A stretch of DNA of 64,000 nucleotides from Eubacteriales bacterium (GCA_045651985.1 JAZRTK010000026.1:102705-166704), one strand, 5' to 3'; shown: positions 37,237 to 46,834, numbered from the stretch's first letter. Program-made: numbers and translations. The notes: generated by a model not told the origin, from the letters alone.

Positions 37237-38097
37237 ATGAGTGTTTTTCGCACAGCAAAAAGCAAGAAAAGAGCGGCAAACGCCGCGATTTACGCGATCT
37301 TGATAATAATAAGCGTTGTCTGGCTCATTCCTTTCGTGCTTATCCTCCTTCAGTCCCTTCGCTCCGAGCCGTATGCCGGCATGTCGGGGTACGTCTTGCC
37401 AAAGGTGTGGGGTCTAAAAAATTATATATACCTTTTTCGTGAGACCTCTTTTCCCGTGTGGTACAGAAACACGCTTATAATAGCGCTTGCAAGCGCCCTT
37501 TTGCAGACCGCTATGGTCATGCTCTGTGGCTACGGACTTTCACGCTTGCGCTTTCACGGCAGACGGTTCTTGATGAACGCCATTCTGGTTTTGGGAATGT
37601 TTCCGGGATTTCTGACTATGATAATTCTTTATTACGTGCTCAAAAGCGCGGGTATGACTCAGGCGGGGGCGGTGCCGGGACTGATACTTGTGTACGTTGC
37701 GTCTTCGGGCATGGGATATTACGTGGCAAAGGGCTTTCTTGACACTATCCCGCGGTCTCTCGACGAGGCGGCGCGGGTGGACGGCGCCACAAAGTTTCAA
37801 ATATTCAGACGCGTGACCATGCCCCTCTCAAAGCCTATCATAATTTATACGCTGCTCACCTCCTTTATGGCTCCCTTTGCGGACTACATTTTCGCATCTT
37901 ACATCGCCTTTGGCGAGCCTGCGGGCTACAACGTAGCGGTAGGACTTTATTCCTGGCTCCAAAAGGACATGATAAGCAGTCATTTTACCGCTTTTTGCGC
38001 AGGCGGAGTGTGCGTGGCGGTACCTGTTACACTGCTCTTTTTACTGCTGCAGAAATACTACGTGGAAGGGGTCACGGGCGGCGCTGTAAAGGGCTAA
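37237..38097 (+). CDS. sugar ABC transporter permease (MalG-like)
   Basis: EAA loop DEAARVDGATKFQIFRRVTMP. Confidence 0.9.
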   Translation: MSVFRTAKSKKRAANAAIYAILIIISVVWLIPFVLILLQSLRSEPYAGMSGYVLPKVWGLKNYIYLFRETSFPVWYRNTLIIALASALLQTAMVMLCGYGLSRLRFHGRRFLMNAILVLGMFPGFLTMIILYYVLKSAGMTQAGAVPGLILVYVASSGMGYYVAKGFLDTIPRSLDEAARVDGATKFQIFRRVTMPLSKPIIIYTLLTSFMAPFADYIFASYIAFGEPAGYNVAVGLYSWLQKDMISSHFTAFCAGGVCVAVPVTLLFLLLQKYYVEGVTGGAVKG

Positions 38098-38124
38098 AAC
38101 CAAAGGAAGGACATTTTTTAATAA

Positions 38125-39249
38125 ATGGCAACAGTCAAGCTGAAAAACGTCTCAAAGACGTTTGATAAAAATATAACCGTGGTAAAGGATTTTTCCCTTG
38201 AGGTAGCGGACCGCGAGTTCGTGGTGTTCGTAGGTCCGTCGGGGTGCGGAAAGTCCACAACGTTGCGAATGATAGCGGGACTTGAGGATATTACGGGCGG
38301 AACGGTGGAGATAGACGGACGCGTTGTAAACGATCTGGAGCCCAGGGACCGAGATATCGCCATGGTCTTTCAGAACTACGCTCTGTACCCACACCTGACC
38401 GTCTTTGAAAACATGGCGTTCTCTCTGCGTTTGCGCAAAGTCCCAAATGAAGAAGTTTATCGGCGGGTGACCGAAGCGGCGGCGGTGCTTGGTATCACGG
38501 AGTACCTGACCAGAAAACCCAAAGCGCTGTCGGGCGGTCAGCGACAGCGGGTGGCTATCGGGCGTGCCATGGTGCGGGACTCAAAGGTGTTCCTTATGGA
38601 CGAGCCCCTCTCTAACCTTGACGCAAAATTGAGAAACCAGATGCGCGCGGAAATTATTCTCCTGCGGAAAAAGATAAATTCTACATTTATCTACGTGACC
38701 CACGACCAGACCGAGGCTATGACGTTGGGGGACCGAATCGTTATCATGCGTGACGGATATATTCAGCAGGTGGGAACTCCCGAGGAAGTTTTTGATCGTC
38801 CGAGAAACCTGTTCGTGGCAGGATTTATCGGTGCACCCCAGATGAATTTTATTCGTTGTCAGCTGAAAAAGGAGGGTGACAGATATTTCGTCACCCCGTT
38901 TGGCGCAAAAATGGAGGTTGGACAGAGAAAGGCTGAGATCTTGACGCAAAAAGGGATACAAAGCAGATCGGTGATCTTGGGCGTCAGACCCGAGCACATA
39001 ACCGTGGTCACGGGTGACCGACCTTTCGCCTTTCATGCGCGGATCGAGGTCAACGAGATGATGGGAAGCGAGTTTCACCTGCACGCAAAGACTGACGATG
39101 GATCGGAGATCGTAGTACGTGTGCCGACCTTGGCGTTAAGTCAGGAGGAGCGCCACGCTTTTGGCGCGGGAGGGCAGATCGCCGTAACATTTGGCGGTCA
39201 GGCGATGCACCTTTTCGACGACGTAACCGAGGAGAATCTGTGTATGTAA
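38125..39249 (+). CDS. sugar ABC transporter ATP-binding protein (MsmX/MalK-like)
   Basis: GPSGCGKST, LSGGQRQRVA and FLMDEPLSNLD, plus a C-terminal regulatory/TOBE-like domain. Confidence 0.9.
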   Translation: MATVKLKNVSKTFDKNITVVKDFSLEVADREFVVFVGPSGCGKSTTLRMIAGLEDITGGTVEIDGRVVNDLEPRDRDIAMVFQNYALYPHLTVFENMAFSLRLRKVPNEEVYRRVTEAAAVLGITEYLTRKPKALSGGQRQRVAIGRAMVRDSKVFLMDEPLSNLDAKLRNQMRAEIILLRKKINSTFIYVTHDQTEAMTLGDRIVIMRDGYIQQVGTPEEVFDRPRNLFVAGFIGAPQMNFIRCQLKKEGDRYFVTPFGAKMEVGQRKAEILTQKGIQSRSVILGVRPEHITVVTGDRPFAFHARIEVNEMMGSEFHLHAKTDDGSEIVVRVPTLALSQEERHAFGAGGQIAVTFGGQAMHLFDDVTEENLCM

Positions 39250-39261
39250 CCAACCCAAAAG

Positions 39262-39310
39262 AAAAAACGACGGTGTTTAACCGTCGTTTTTTATGTTTTG
39301 ATGTTTGGGT
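39262..39310 (-). repeat. intergenic repeat family copy G (terminator core plus degenerate arm); bidirectional terminator
   Basis: AAAAAACGACGGTGtttaACCGTCGTTTTTT followed by atgttttgatGTTTGGGT. Its hairpin is the exact reverse complement of the copy F hairpin. Confidence 0.7.
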
Positions 39311-40390
39311 TTACTTCGCCATTTCCAGCGAAAGGTCGTAAAGTCTTCTGATGTTGGCGGAGCGAATAGCGCAGGTCGCCTTCATGGAGCCGATCTCGTC
39401 TGCGGAGAAGCGGTCCAGATCGCCGTCTTTCAGGGTGTTCTTGTACATACGGTCAAGCACCAGCGCGTAGTTGATGTCAACGGGCACGATCTGTGAGTTG
39501 ATCTCACAGATTACCTTGTTGCTCTCGCCTGCAAGCAGGAGCTTTACTGCAAGGTCGCCCATTCTGGATGCCGCAAGACGGTCGCGCAAGGTGGGCTTGC
39601 CGCCGCGCACGATATAGCCCAGACGGTCAAACTTGGTCTCAATACCCGTTCTCTCCTCAATGATCTTAACAAGCGACTCGGAGAAGTGCGTTCCGTCGGG
39701 GTTGAAAACGCCCTCTGCAACAACGATAATATGGCTTCTCTTGCCGTTTTCCTTCATCTTCAGGATCTTTTCGATGCAAGCCTCAAGATCGAACTTGATC
39801 TCGGGGATACATACTGCCGTTGCGCCTGCAGCGATGCCTACGTTTAGTGCGATCTGACCGCAGTTACGTCCCATAACCTCAACTACCATGCAGCGAGCGT
39901 GGGACTCGATGGTGTCGTGAATGCAGTCGATGGCGTTGAGCGCGGTATTCATTGCCGTGTCAAAGCCTACCGCATAGTCGGTGGCGGTAATATCGTTGTC
40001 AATAGTACCCGTTACGCCGATCGTAGGGATACCGTGATTTGTAAGATCGGTAGCACCGCGAAAAGTTCCGTCGCCGCCGATAGCAACGATAGCGTCGATC
40101 TCGTTCTTTTTGCAGGTCTCAATAGCCTTGGCCATACCCTCGGGAGTTGCGAACTCGGGGCAACGGTCGGTGAACAAGAAAGAACCGCCTGTGTATACGA
40201 TGTTGGAAACGCTTCGAGCGGAAAGCTCGATGAGCTCGTTGTGGATAAGTCCGCTGTAACCGCCCTTGATGCCGACGACCTCAAGTCCGTCGTCAATAGC
40301 GGAGCGCGCGATAGCGCGGATCGCCGCGTTCATGCCGGGTGCGTCGCCGCCCGATGTGAGAACGCCTATCTTTCTGAATTTCTTTGCCAT
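39311..40390 (-). CDS. pfkA: ATP-dependent 6-phosphofructokinase
   Basis: IGVLTSGGDAPGMNAAIR, IGGDGTF and TIDNDI motifs. Confidence 0.9.
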   Translation of the reverse strand: MAKKFRKIGVLTSGGDAPGMNAAIRAIARSAIDDGLEVVGIKGGYSGLIHNELIELSARSVSNIVYTGGSFLFTDRCPEFATPEGMAKAIETCKKNEIDAIVAIGGDGTFRGATDLTNHGIPTIGVTGTIDNDITATDYAVGFDTAMNTALNAIDCIHDTIESHARCMVVEVMGRNCGQIALNVGIAAGATAVCIPEIKFDLEACIEKILKMKENGKRSHIIVVAEGVFNPDGTHFSESLVKIIEERTGIETKFDRLGYIVRGGKPTLRDRLAASRMGDLAVKLLLAGESNKVICEINSQIVPVDINYALVLDRMYKNTLKDGDLDRFSADEIGSMKATCAIRSANIRRLYDLSLEMAK

Positions 40391-40539
40391 AATATACTCC
40401 GTTCTGCCGCCTTGACGGCAAGATTATTTATCCTCGTTAATTATTACACAATGCTGAGTTTATATTTTACATCAAAAGGAAGGAAAAATCAAGAGGTTTT
40501 TACAATTTCAAGATCAAATTGCTTGATTTTCCGCATTTT

Positions 40540-41106
40540 TTAGGGCTTTTTGTCCGAATCGACCCTCAAACGAGTACAGACGAGCCGTGAAAAAAGAGCC
40601 GCGCCCACGCATTTTGCCGCGTCAAAGGGCGAAAAGGGCAGAACGCAGACACCGAGAAGCTCTCGCGAAAATGGGACGTTCGCATAAAAAGAATACCAGA
40701 CCGTACCTATAATATACCCCAAAATCGCCGACAAAAAACAGCCTGTCAAAGTAAATAAGAACCCGCTTTTTTTGCGGCCGCGCGCAAAATTTGCAAAAGC
40801 GCCCGCCAACATAGCCGAGGGTATATAGGACAGGATAAAACCGCCCGTGGGCGCAAGGATATGCCCAATACCGCCCATGCCGCCCGCAAAAACGGGAAGC
40901 CCCAAGGCTCCGACAGCCACAAAGACCCCTGCGGAGACCGCTCCGCGGACAGCACCCAAAACGCATGCCGACACCATAACGGCAAAATTGCAAAGGGACA
41001 GCGGCACGGGACCGATGGGAAGGGTAAAAGGAGAGACGGCGCATAGAATTGCGGAAAAAAAGGCGCACAGCACGGTGTCACGAACCGAAAAAAGCTTCTT
41101 GGTCAT
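40540..41106 (-). CDS. bioY: biotin transporter BioY
   Basis: The PFTLPIGPVPLSL motif and a polytopic 188-aa protein. Its ATG overlaps the stop of the upstream AraC gene by 1 nt (TAATG). Confidence 0.8.
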   Translation of the reverse strand: MTKKLFSVRDTVLCAFFSAILCAVSPFTLPIGPVPLSLCNFAVMVSACVLGAVRGAVSAGVFVAVGALGLPVFAGGMGGIGHILAPTGGFILSYIPSAMLAGAFANFARGRKKSGFLFTLTGCFLSAILGYIIGTVWYSFYANVPFSRELLGVCVLPFSPFDAAKCVGAALFSRLVCTRLRVDSDKKP

Positions 41107-41927
41107 TATTTCTTCTCTCCGCATCGTTTCCGCCACTCGCTTGGACTCATCCCCGTCCCCTTTTTAAAGGCTCGGGAAAAGACGAAGGGGTCATCATAGC
41201 CCAGCGAAACGGCGATATATTTTACGTTTTCGGCGGTGGAGGAAAGGAAATATTTTGCCTTTTCTATTTTCTTTTTCAGAATATACTGCTGAGGACTGCA
41301 TCCGAGCTCACGCTTGAATATACTGCAAAGATAGCTTCTGTCAACTCCTACCTCATCCGCCAGCGCGGACACGGAAAGAGGCTCGTGCAGACGCTTGTCG
41401 ATGAGCGCCATGGCGCGCTTCAGGTTTTGGGACGGGTGCTTTTGCGTACTTTCGGGACGGTCCGCGCTCTTTTCAAGACAGTGCAGGAAAAGATAACAGC
41501 GGCCCACCGCAAAAAAAGACGCCGTTGCTTCTGCCGACATATCGTCAAGTATTTCCTTTGCGAGACGGTAAAGCTCGGGGGTAAATTTGCCAACGGGATT
41601 TTCAGCCGAAATGCCCGCACCCTCAAAAAAAGAGGAAAGCAGGTCGCCCTTCATTCCTACCCAGGTGTAGCTCCAGGGGTCGACGGCGTCCGCCTCGCAG
41701 TAATTTAAGGTGTCGGGCGGAACAAAGAAAAACTCGCCCGCGCCCAGAGTATAGGTGTTTCCCAGAATGGTAAAGCTTCCCTTGCCCGAGGTGACCAGAT
41801 GCAACAAATAGTGGTCTCGCACGGCAGGGCCAAAAGCGTGAGAGGGGGCGCACACCTGTTGACCGCAATTGACGGGAAACAGGTCGCAAAAGTGCTTTCC
41901 TGCGTTGCTCGGGGCGTAAGAGTTCAT
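41106..41927 (-). CDS. AraC family transcriptional regulator (cupin sensor plus HTH)
   Basis: N-terminal cupin (HYLLHLVTSGKGSF) and C-terminal AraC HTH (LADEVGVDRSYLCSIFK...GYDDPFVFSRAFKK). The ATG follows GGAGGAAAT. Confidence 0.8.
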   Translation of the reverse strand: MNSYAPSNAGKHFCDLFPVNCGQQVCAPSHAFGPAVRDHYLLHLVTSGKGSFTILGNTYTLGAGEFFFVPPDTLNYCEADAVDPWSYTWVGMKGDLLSSFFEGAGISAENPVGKFTPELYRLAKEILDDMSAEATASFFAVGRCYLFLHCLEKSADRPESTQKHPSQNLKRAMALIDKRLHEPLSVSALADEVGVDRSYLCSIFKRELGCSPQQYILKKKIEKAKYFLSSTAENVKYIAVSLGYDDPFVFSRAFKKGTGMSPSEWRKRCGEKK

Positions 41928-42080
41928 ATTTCCTCCAAAGAACTTTTTTAACAGGTGCATTGTACCACACATTTTGCAATGCGTCAAGTGACTGCCCTCA
42001 AAATTACCAGAAATTTAGGGATACACAAAAACGCTTTTTCAAGCTATAATGTTAAAGAGGAAAGGAGTTCTCTTTTTTAT

Positions 42081-42653
42081 ATGGAACTTATACAGATAAG
42101 CGAGAACAAATTGAAGATAATGCTCAGCGAGACCGACATGATAAAATACTCCCTTGACGGAGAGGATACCGACTATTCAAAGGACGAAACGCGGCGCGCC
42201 TTCCGTCAGATGCTGTCTTATGCCCGCGAGATAAGCGGTTTTGATACTCGGGGAGAGAGGATCTTTGTGCAGATGTATCCGTCACGGGGCGGCGGCTGTG
42301 AGGTCTTCGTTACGAAGCTGGGCGACAGGAAAGGAGATTTTTTTGAGGTGGGCACCCTGTCAAGAACTGACGTGAAAAGGCAGACGGGTGACGCATACGG
42401 TTTTGACAGTCTTGAAAATATGTTGGCGGTCTGCCGATATCTTTACAATTGCCGCGCCGACTGCCGACGTGAGGGCAAGGCGTTTCGCGACGACAGAGGA
42501 AATTACTATCTCTCTTTGCCCGCAGGCTGTGAATTTGCCCACGGCGAGGAGTTTTCAAAGAGAGTGAACCCCGCCTGTCTTGACGCATACATAACCGAGC
42601 ACGGAAGGTGCATAATCGAGCAAGGTGCGGTTGAAATTCTCGGAAAACTTTGA
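42081..42653 (+). CDS. MecA-like adaptor protein
   Basis: MELIQISENKLKIMLSETDM parallels MecA MEIERINEHTVKFYMSYGDI. The C-terminal YYLSL...ITEHGRCIIEQGAVEILGK parallels MecA YYLYV...LEEYGKLIISEHALETIKK. Confidence 0.7.
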   Translation: MELIQISENKLKIMLSETDMIKYSLDGEDTDYSKDETRRAFRQMLSYAREISGFDTRGERIFVQMYPSRGGGCEVFVTKLGDRKGDFFEVGTLSRTDVKRQTGDAYGFDSLENMLAVCRYLYNCRADCRREGKAFRDDRGNYYLSLPAGCEFAHGEEFSKRVNPACLDAYITEHGRCIIEQGAVEILGKL

Positions 42654-42680
42654 AAAGCTCGACAATGTGGGGGCGTACAA

Positions 42681-43010
42681 TTACTCACACAAAATCACCC
42701 GACAGGGCTTTTGGCTCTTTCGTGCATATTCAATAGCCGACAAGGTTCCCTTTGACCTCCCGTCCCAAAACGCCACCACCTCGTCTGCAAAATCAACTAT
42801 CCGACGGTTGCGCACGATAGGCGCACCCCGCCCGTACAGGTCGTACTGCGGCAAGAATTCGGTGAGCTTTAATCCGTTTTTTCGTGCATATTCCGCCGCT
42901 GCGGTGTCAACACCAAGCGCACCGCCCGACACTATTTCGTCACACGAAGAAACGTATTTTTCTATGTCGGGTGCAGTTATTTTTCTCGATCCAATGATTG
43001 CAATTTTCAT
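42681..43010 (-). CDS. SLOG-superfamily protein (DUF2493 / DprA-like Rossmann fold)
   Basis: 109 aa with MKIAIIGSR...VSGGALGVDTAAAEYA...VAFWDGRSKGT motifs. Confidence 0.6.
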   Translation of the reverse strand: MKIAIIGSRKITAPDIEKYVSSCDEIVSGGALGVDTAAAEYARKNGLKLTEFLPQYDLYGRGAPIVRNRRIVDFADEVVAFWDGRSKGTLSAIEYARKSQKPCRVILCE

Positions 43011-43112
43011 AATTACTCCAAATATTATGTACTTAATTCAAATATACTTACAACATTATAGCACAAAATAATCTTAAAATGTACTTACATTAAGTTTTTT
43101 TGGAGATATTTT

Positions 43113-43304
43113 ATGAGAAACAAGAAGAATAAGCATCTTGGGATAGAGATAGACCCCGAACTTCATTACAAGCTGCACTACATCTCAAAATATTACGGAC
43201 GCTCGGCAAACGGACAGATACTCTTTCTTATAAGACAGGAGATCAAAGCCTTTGAGAAAAATGAAGGTGTCATCGAAGTCCCGAAACCTGACGGGGACAA
43301 ATAA
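43113..43304 (+). CDS. ribbon-helix-helix (Arc/CopG-like) DNA-binding protein
   Basis: 63 aa. HLGIEIDPELHYKLHYISKYYGRSANGQILFLIRQEI fits a beta-strand, helix, helix pattern. Confidence 0.5.
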   Translation: MRNKKNKHLGIEIDPELHYKLHYISKYYGRSANGQILFLIRQEIKAFEKNEGVIEVPKPDGDK

Positions 43305-43332
43305 AAAAGAGCCTTTTTCAAGGCTCTTTTTT
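43303..43332. terminator. bidirectional intrinsic terminator
   Basis: AAAAAAGAGCC-tttttcaa-GGCTCTTTTTT between convergent genes. Confidence 0.75.
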
Positions 43333-43338
43333 ATTGAA

Positions 43339-44625
43339 TTATTTTATCCCTCTGCATTCAAGGTAATATCGCTTGTCGTGGGCGTGACCCATGGAGAAAG
43401 TCTTGCGCGGGAGTGCGCCGTCGCACAGGACGGTCTTGAAAAGCTGGTTCTTTTCCATGCCTTCAAAGATGAAACCGATTGCGTTTTCCCCTTTTGCAAG
43501 TGCCGTCAGCGAGTCCTGACCGTGTATGTAGTCCACCTCGGCGTCGGGGTGGGATATTACGTATTCGTCAAGGAAGTTCTGAAGCGTGCCCACCGTCAGC
43601 TGTGCCTCGGGGTGAGGTATCTCGTATTCGCCGTCAAAAATACGGCTTACCGTTTTGACCTTTTGCACAGGCGCGTTGCCGTGCAGAAGATCAACGTATT
43701 TTCTGAGCTCGTTTATAACGTCAACGGGGTCAACGTTGAAAACGACTCGGTAGATAGGCTCGAACTGCAAAGCATCATCGTGGAGATTTACCACCTCGCA
43801 AAGGGCGTATCTCGCGGGCGACTTTTTCGCTTCCTCCTCGCCTATCTTTTCTTTAAGCTCGGTGTAGCAGGCCTTGGCTGTTGCAAGAGAGTGGTTTCCG
43901 TCACCCACGGCGAAAAGCAGGGGAGCAAAATCGTTCTTGCCGTATCTTTCGGTCATCTTTTCGGGGGTGACGAGGGCGGATAACGCCTCGTTTATTCTGT
44001 CCTGCTCATACGCCGGCAGGAAAAATCCTTTTACGTGACCGCCGCCGCACATAAGGTCGAAGTCGTAAGCACATTCATGCTCGCCTTTCCTTGCCGTAAG
44101 CGGCTCGATCACAGTCTTTTCGGGGTCGTCAAGAAGGAGCATAACGTGTGGAAGCTCGATGGGGGCGTCGCGGCGTATTTTAACGCGCGGAGGGATACGG
44201 GACAGCACCGTGCCCTCGGTTGCGCGGATAAGGGATTGGGAGGCACGGTTGTAGTCGTAGTCCTCAAGGTCGACCATACCGATGATACCGCGTCTGATAA
44301 CGCCGTCCCGCTGTGTTCTTTCGAGGAAAATCATGCTGTCGGGGTGGGAAACGAGTACGTTTTTCAGATACCGCTCCATTTCCGCGTTGATCTTGGGAAC
44401 ACGCTCCTCGGTCTCGCTGAGATATACCTCGGGAAGAATTATTTTCAGGGTGGATGGGCTGTCGGAAGCGGCTGCTGCCGCGCCCTCCCAATATTGAGGC
44501 TCGCTCGTGTACTGGTCGCAGGCGACCACTGCCCAGCGCTGACCGTCTATCTTATCAAAATCGGGCAGAAGTATATCCGCCGCACCTAAATATTTCTTCA
44601 AATTGATCCACCCTTTCGCTTTCAT
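43339..44625 (-). CDS. DUF1015 domain protein
   Basis: 428 aa with ACDQYTSEP, DGNHSLATAKA and LCEVVNLHD motifs characteristic of DUF1015. Confidence 0.8.
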   Translation of the reverse strand: MKAKGWINLKKYLGAADILLPDFDKIDGQRWAVVACDQYTSEPQYWEGAAAAASDSPSTLKIILPEVYLSETEERVPKINAEMERYLKNVLVSHPDSMIFLERTQRDGVIRRGIIGMVDLEDYDYNRASQSLIRATEGTVLSRIPPRVKIRRDAPIELPHVMLLLDDPEKTVIEPLTARKGEHECAYDFDLMCGGGHVKGFFLPAYEQDRINEALSALVTPEKMTERYGKNDFAPLLFAVGDGNHSLATAKACYTELKEKIGEEEAKKSPARYALCEVVNLHDDALQFEPIYRVVFNVDPVDVINELRKYVDLLHGNAPVQKVKTVSRIFDGEYEIPHPEAQLTVGTLQNFLDEYVISHPDAEVDYIHGQDSLTALAKGENAIGFIFEGMEKNQLFKTVLCDGALPRKTFSMGHAHDKRYYLECRGIK

Positions 44626-44754
44626 TTTGTCTATTGTATCTTACTTTGCCTTTTTTTTCAATAGAAAAGGCAAAATTTTTATTGGTTACTTGTAAAACTG
44701 CTTCTTTTATGATATACTCTATTTAATTAATTGTGAAAAGGAGATTTTCAGGAA

Positions 44755-46674
44755 ATGCCTCCGAGAACGTACCAATATGAAAAAGTTACAAAGCCAAAGA
44801 GCATAAAGGAAGTTCCGTCTTACCTGAAAAAGGTCATAAGCGGATTTTTCTCCCGACTTATCTACGTTTTCCGCCTCGTTAACGAAACAGGCAGATGGAT
44901 ATTTGCGGCGCTGACATTGGTCACCATACTGCAGGGCTTCATTCCCGTTGTTCTGACCTACGTTTCAAAATATCTTATCAACGCTTTGCAGACCATGCAC
45001 GGTAAAGGAGAGGGGCTTGATGCCTTTACCACCCTCAGCTTCTCCTCCGACAATATACTTTTTCTGCTTATTGCCATGTCGGTGCTGGGAATATTCAACA
45101 CGGTCATATGGCAGGTGTCGGGCGCTATTACGAAGATAGCGGGCGAGCGCGTGACCATGCAGGTGCGTATCCGCATCATGCAGAAGGCAAAGGAGACGGA
45201 TATTGCCGCCTTCGACCTGCCCGCATTCTACGAAAAGCTTGAGAACGCCAACCGTGAGGCGGGACACAGACCGCTTCAGGTGATCCAGTCGATCTTCGGC
45301 ATTATCAGCACCATGATAACCCTCGTTTCATTTGTTGTGGTGCTCGTCACCGCCCCGGGAATGTGGTGGTCGGCGCTGGTCATCATCGCGGTTTCTATTC
45401 CCTCGGCTATAATCAGTCTTGCTTTCCGTACAAAGAACTTTTACTATATGCGCTTCCGCTCAAAGGAGCGCCGCCAGATGAACTATTACAGCAACACCAT
45501 GGTAAACAAGGACATGGCAAAGGAGCTGAGGATCTATGGGCTTGGTGACGTTCTGATAGATCGCTTCAAATCCATCTTTGAAATTTATTTTAAAGGTCTT
45601 CGGAAGCTCATTTTGTCCGAGAGCGTCTGGCACGTGGCGATCTCCGCCATTTCCACCGCCACCCACGGCATCTTTTTTGCAATGCTTGCGTTTATGGTGT
45701 TCATGGGGAGAATTCTTATCGGTGACTATTCGCTCTATATAGGCGCTATCACAAGCATCGGAAACTCGGTCTCCTCTCTCATCTCCACCTCGGCGTCTGT
45801 CTACGAGGGTACGCTCTTTATTGACAACCTTATGTCATTTATGAACGAACAGCCTACGGTCACACCGAACGTGGACGTGCCCGAGCGGGTCAAGTACGGC
45901 GAGCCTCATTCAATTGAATTTTGCAACGTCAGCTTTTCCTATCCGGGCTCGGATAAGCCCGTTCTTCAAAACATCAACTTGAAATTCAATCCGGGCGAGA
46001 CGGTCGTGCTTGTGGGACTGAACGGTGCGGGAAAGACCACGCTAATAAAACTTCTCACCCGCCTTTACGACCCCACCGAGGGCGTTATCCTGCTTGACGG
46101 CAAGGATCTGCGATCATACGCGGTGGAGGACGTTTATAAGACGTTCGGTATCATTTTTCAGGACTTCGGAAAGTACGCGTTTACCGTTGCGGAAAACATA
46201 AAGTTCGGTGACGTCAGCCGCGAAGCGTTGGAGGGCGACGTCCGGCGCGCCGCGACCTTGGGCGATGCGGACGATTTCATTTCCCGTCTGCCCGACGGCT
46301 ACGATACGCCTCTCATGCGCCACTTTGAGGAAAACGGCACCGAGCTTTCTATCGGTCAGTGGCAAAAGCTTGCGATCGCCCGCGCGTTCTACAGCAACCA
46401 CGACATTCTGATACTTGACGAGCCTACGGCATCTCTTGATCCCTTGGCGGAGCAGGAGATATATACCCAGTTCGATATGCTCAGGGAGAACAAGACCTCA
46501 ATTTTCGTTTCCCACAGACTTTCCAGCGCAACTATCGCGTCAAAGATCGTGGTGCTTGAGTACGGAAAGGTCATCGAGGAGGGCACGCACGCCGAGCTTA
46601 TGGCGGCGGGCGGTAAATACTACGAGCTTTTCTCCACGCAGGCAAAGAGGTATGTCGAAAGCAAGGAAGAATAA
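44755..46674 (+). CDS. ABC exporter, fused permease/ATPase
   Basis: GLNGAGKTT, LSIGQWQKLA and LILDEPTASLD. Confidence 0.9.
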   Translation: MPPRTYQYEKVTKPKSIKEVPSYLKKVISGFFSRLIYVFRLVNETGRWIFAALTLVTILQGFIPVVLTYVSKYLINALQTMHGKGEGLDAFTTLSFSSDNILFLLIAMSVLGIFNTVIWQVSGAITKIAGERVTMQVRIRIMQKAKETDIAAFDLPAFYEKLENANREAGHRPLQVIQSIFGIISTMITLVSFVVVLVTAPGMWWSALVIIAVSIPSAIISLAFRTKNFYYMRFRSKERRQMNYYSNTMVNKDMAKELRIYGLGDVLIDRFKSIFEIYFKGLRKLILSESVWHVAISAISTATHGIFFAMLAFMVFMGRILIGDYSLYIGAITSIGNSVSSLISTSASVYEGTLFIDNLMSFMNEQPTVTPNVDVPERVKYGEPHSIEFCNVSFSYPGSDKPVLQNINLKFNPGETVVLVGLNGAGKTTLIKLLTRLYDPTEGVILLDGKDLRSYAVEDVYKTFGIIFQDFGKYAFTVAENIKFGDVSREALEGDVRRAATLGDADDFISRLPDGYDTPLMRHFEENGTELSIGQWQKLAIARAFYSNHDILILDEPTASLDPLAEQEIYTQFDMLRENKTSIFVSHRLSSATIASKIVVLEYGKVIEEGTHAELMAAGGKYYELFSTQAKRYVESKEE

Positions 46675-46691
46675 GCACGCGGGGCTTTTGC

Positions 46692-46828
46692 CGTCCCCCT
46701 TTAAAAAGGCGGTCGGACCTGCCAAACCAAATAGTAAAAAACGACGGTGGAACACCGTCGTTTTTTATAACAATAATACGTCTGTTTAATTTCCTTTTTT
46801 AAAGTTTTACGGGGGTCAAAAGCACCCC
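46692..46828 (+). repeat. intergenic repeat family copy B (full composite element)
   Basis: CGTCCCCCTTTAAAAAGGCGGTCGGACCTGCCAAACCAAA, then AAAAAACGACGGTGgaaCACCGTCGTTTTTT, about 25 nt of spacer, then CCTTTTTTAAAGTTTTACGGGGGTCAAAAGCACCCC. Confidence 0.75.
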
Positions 46829-46834
46829 AAGCGC

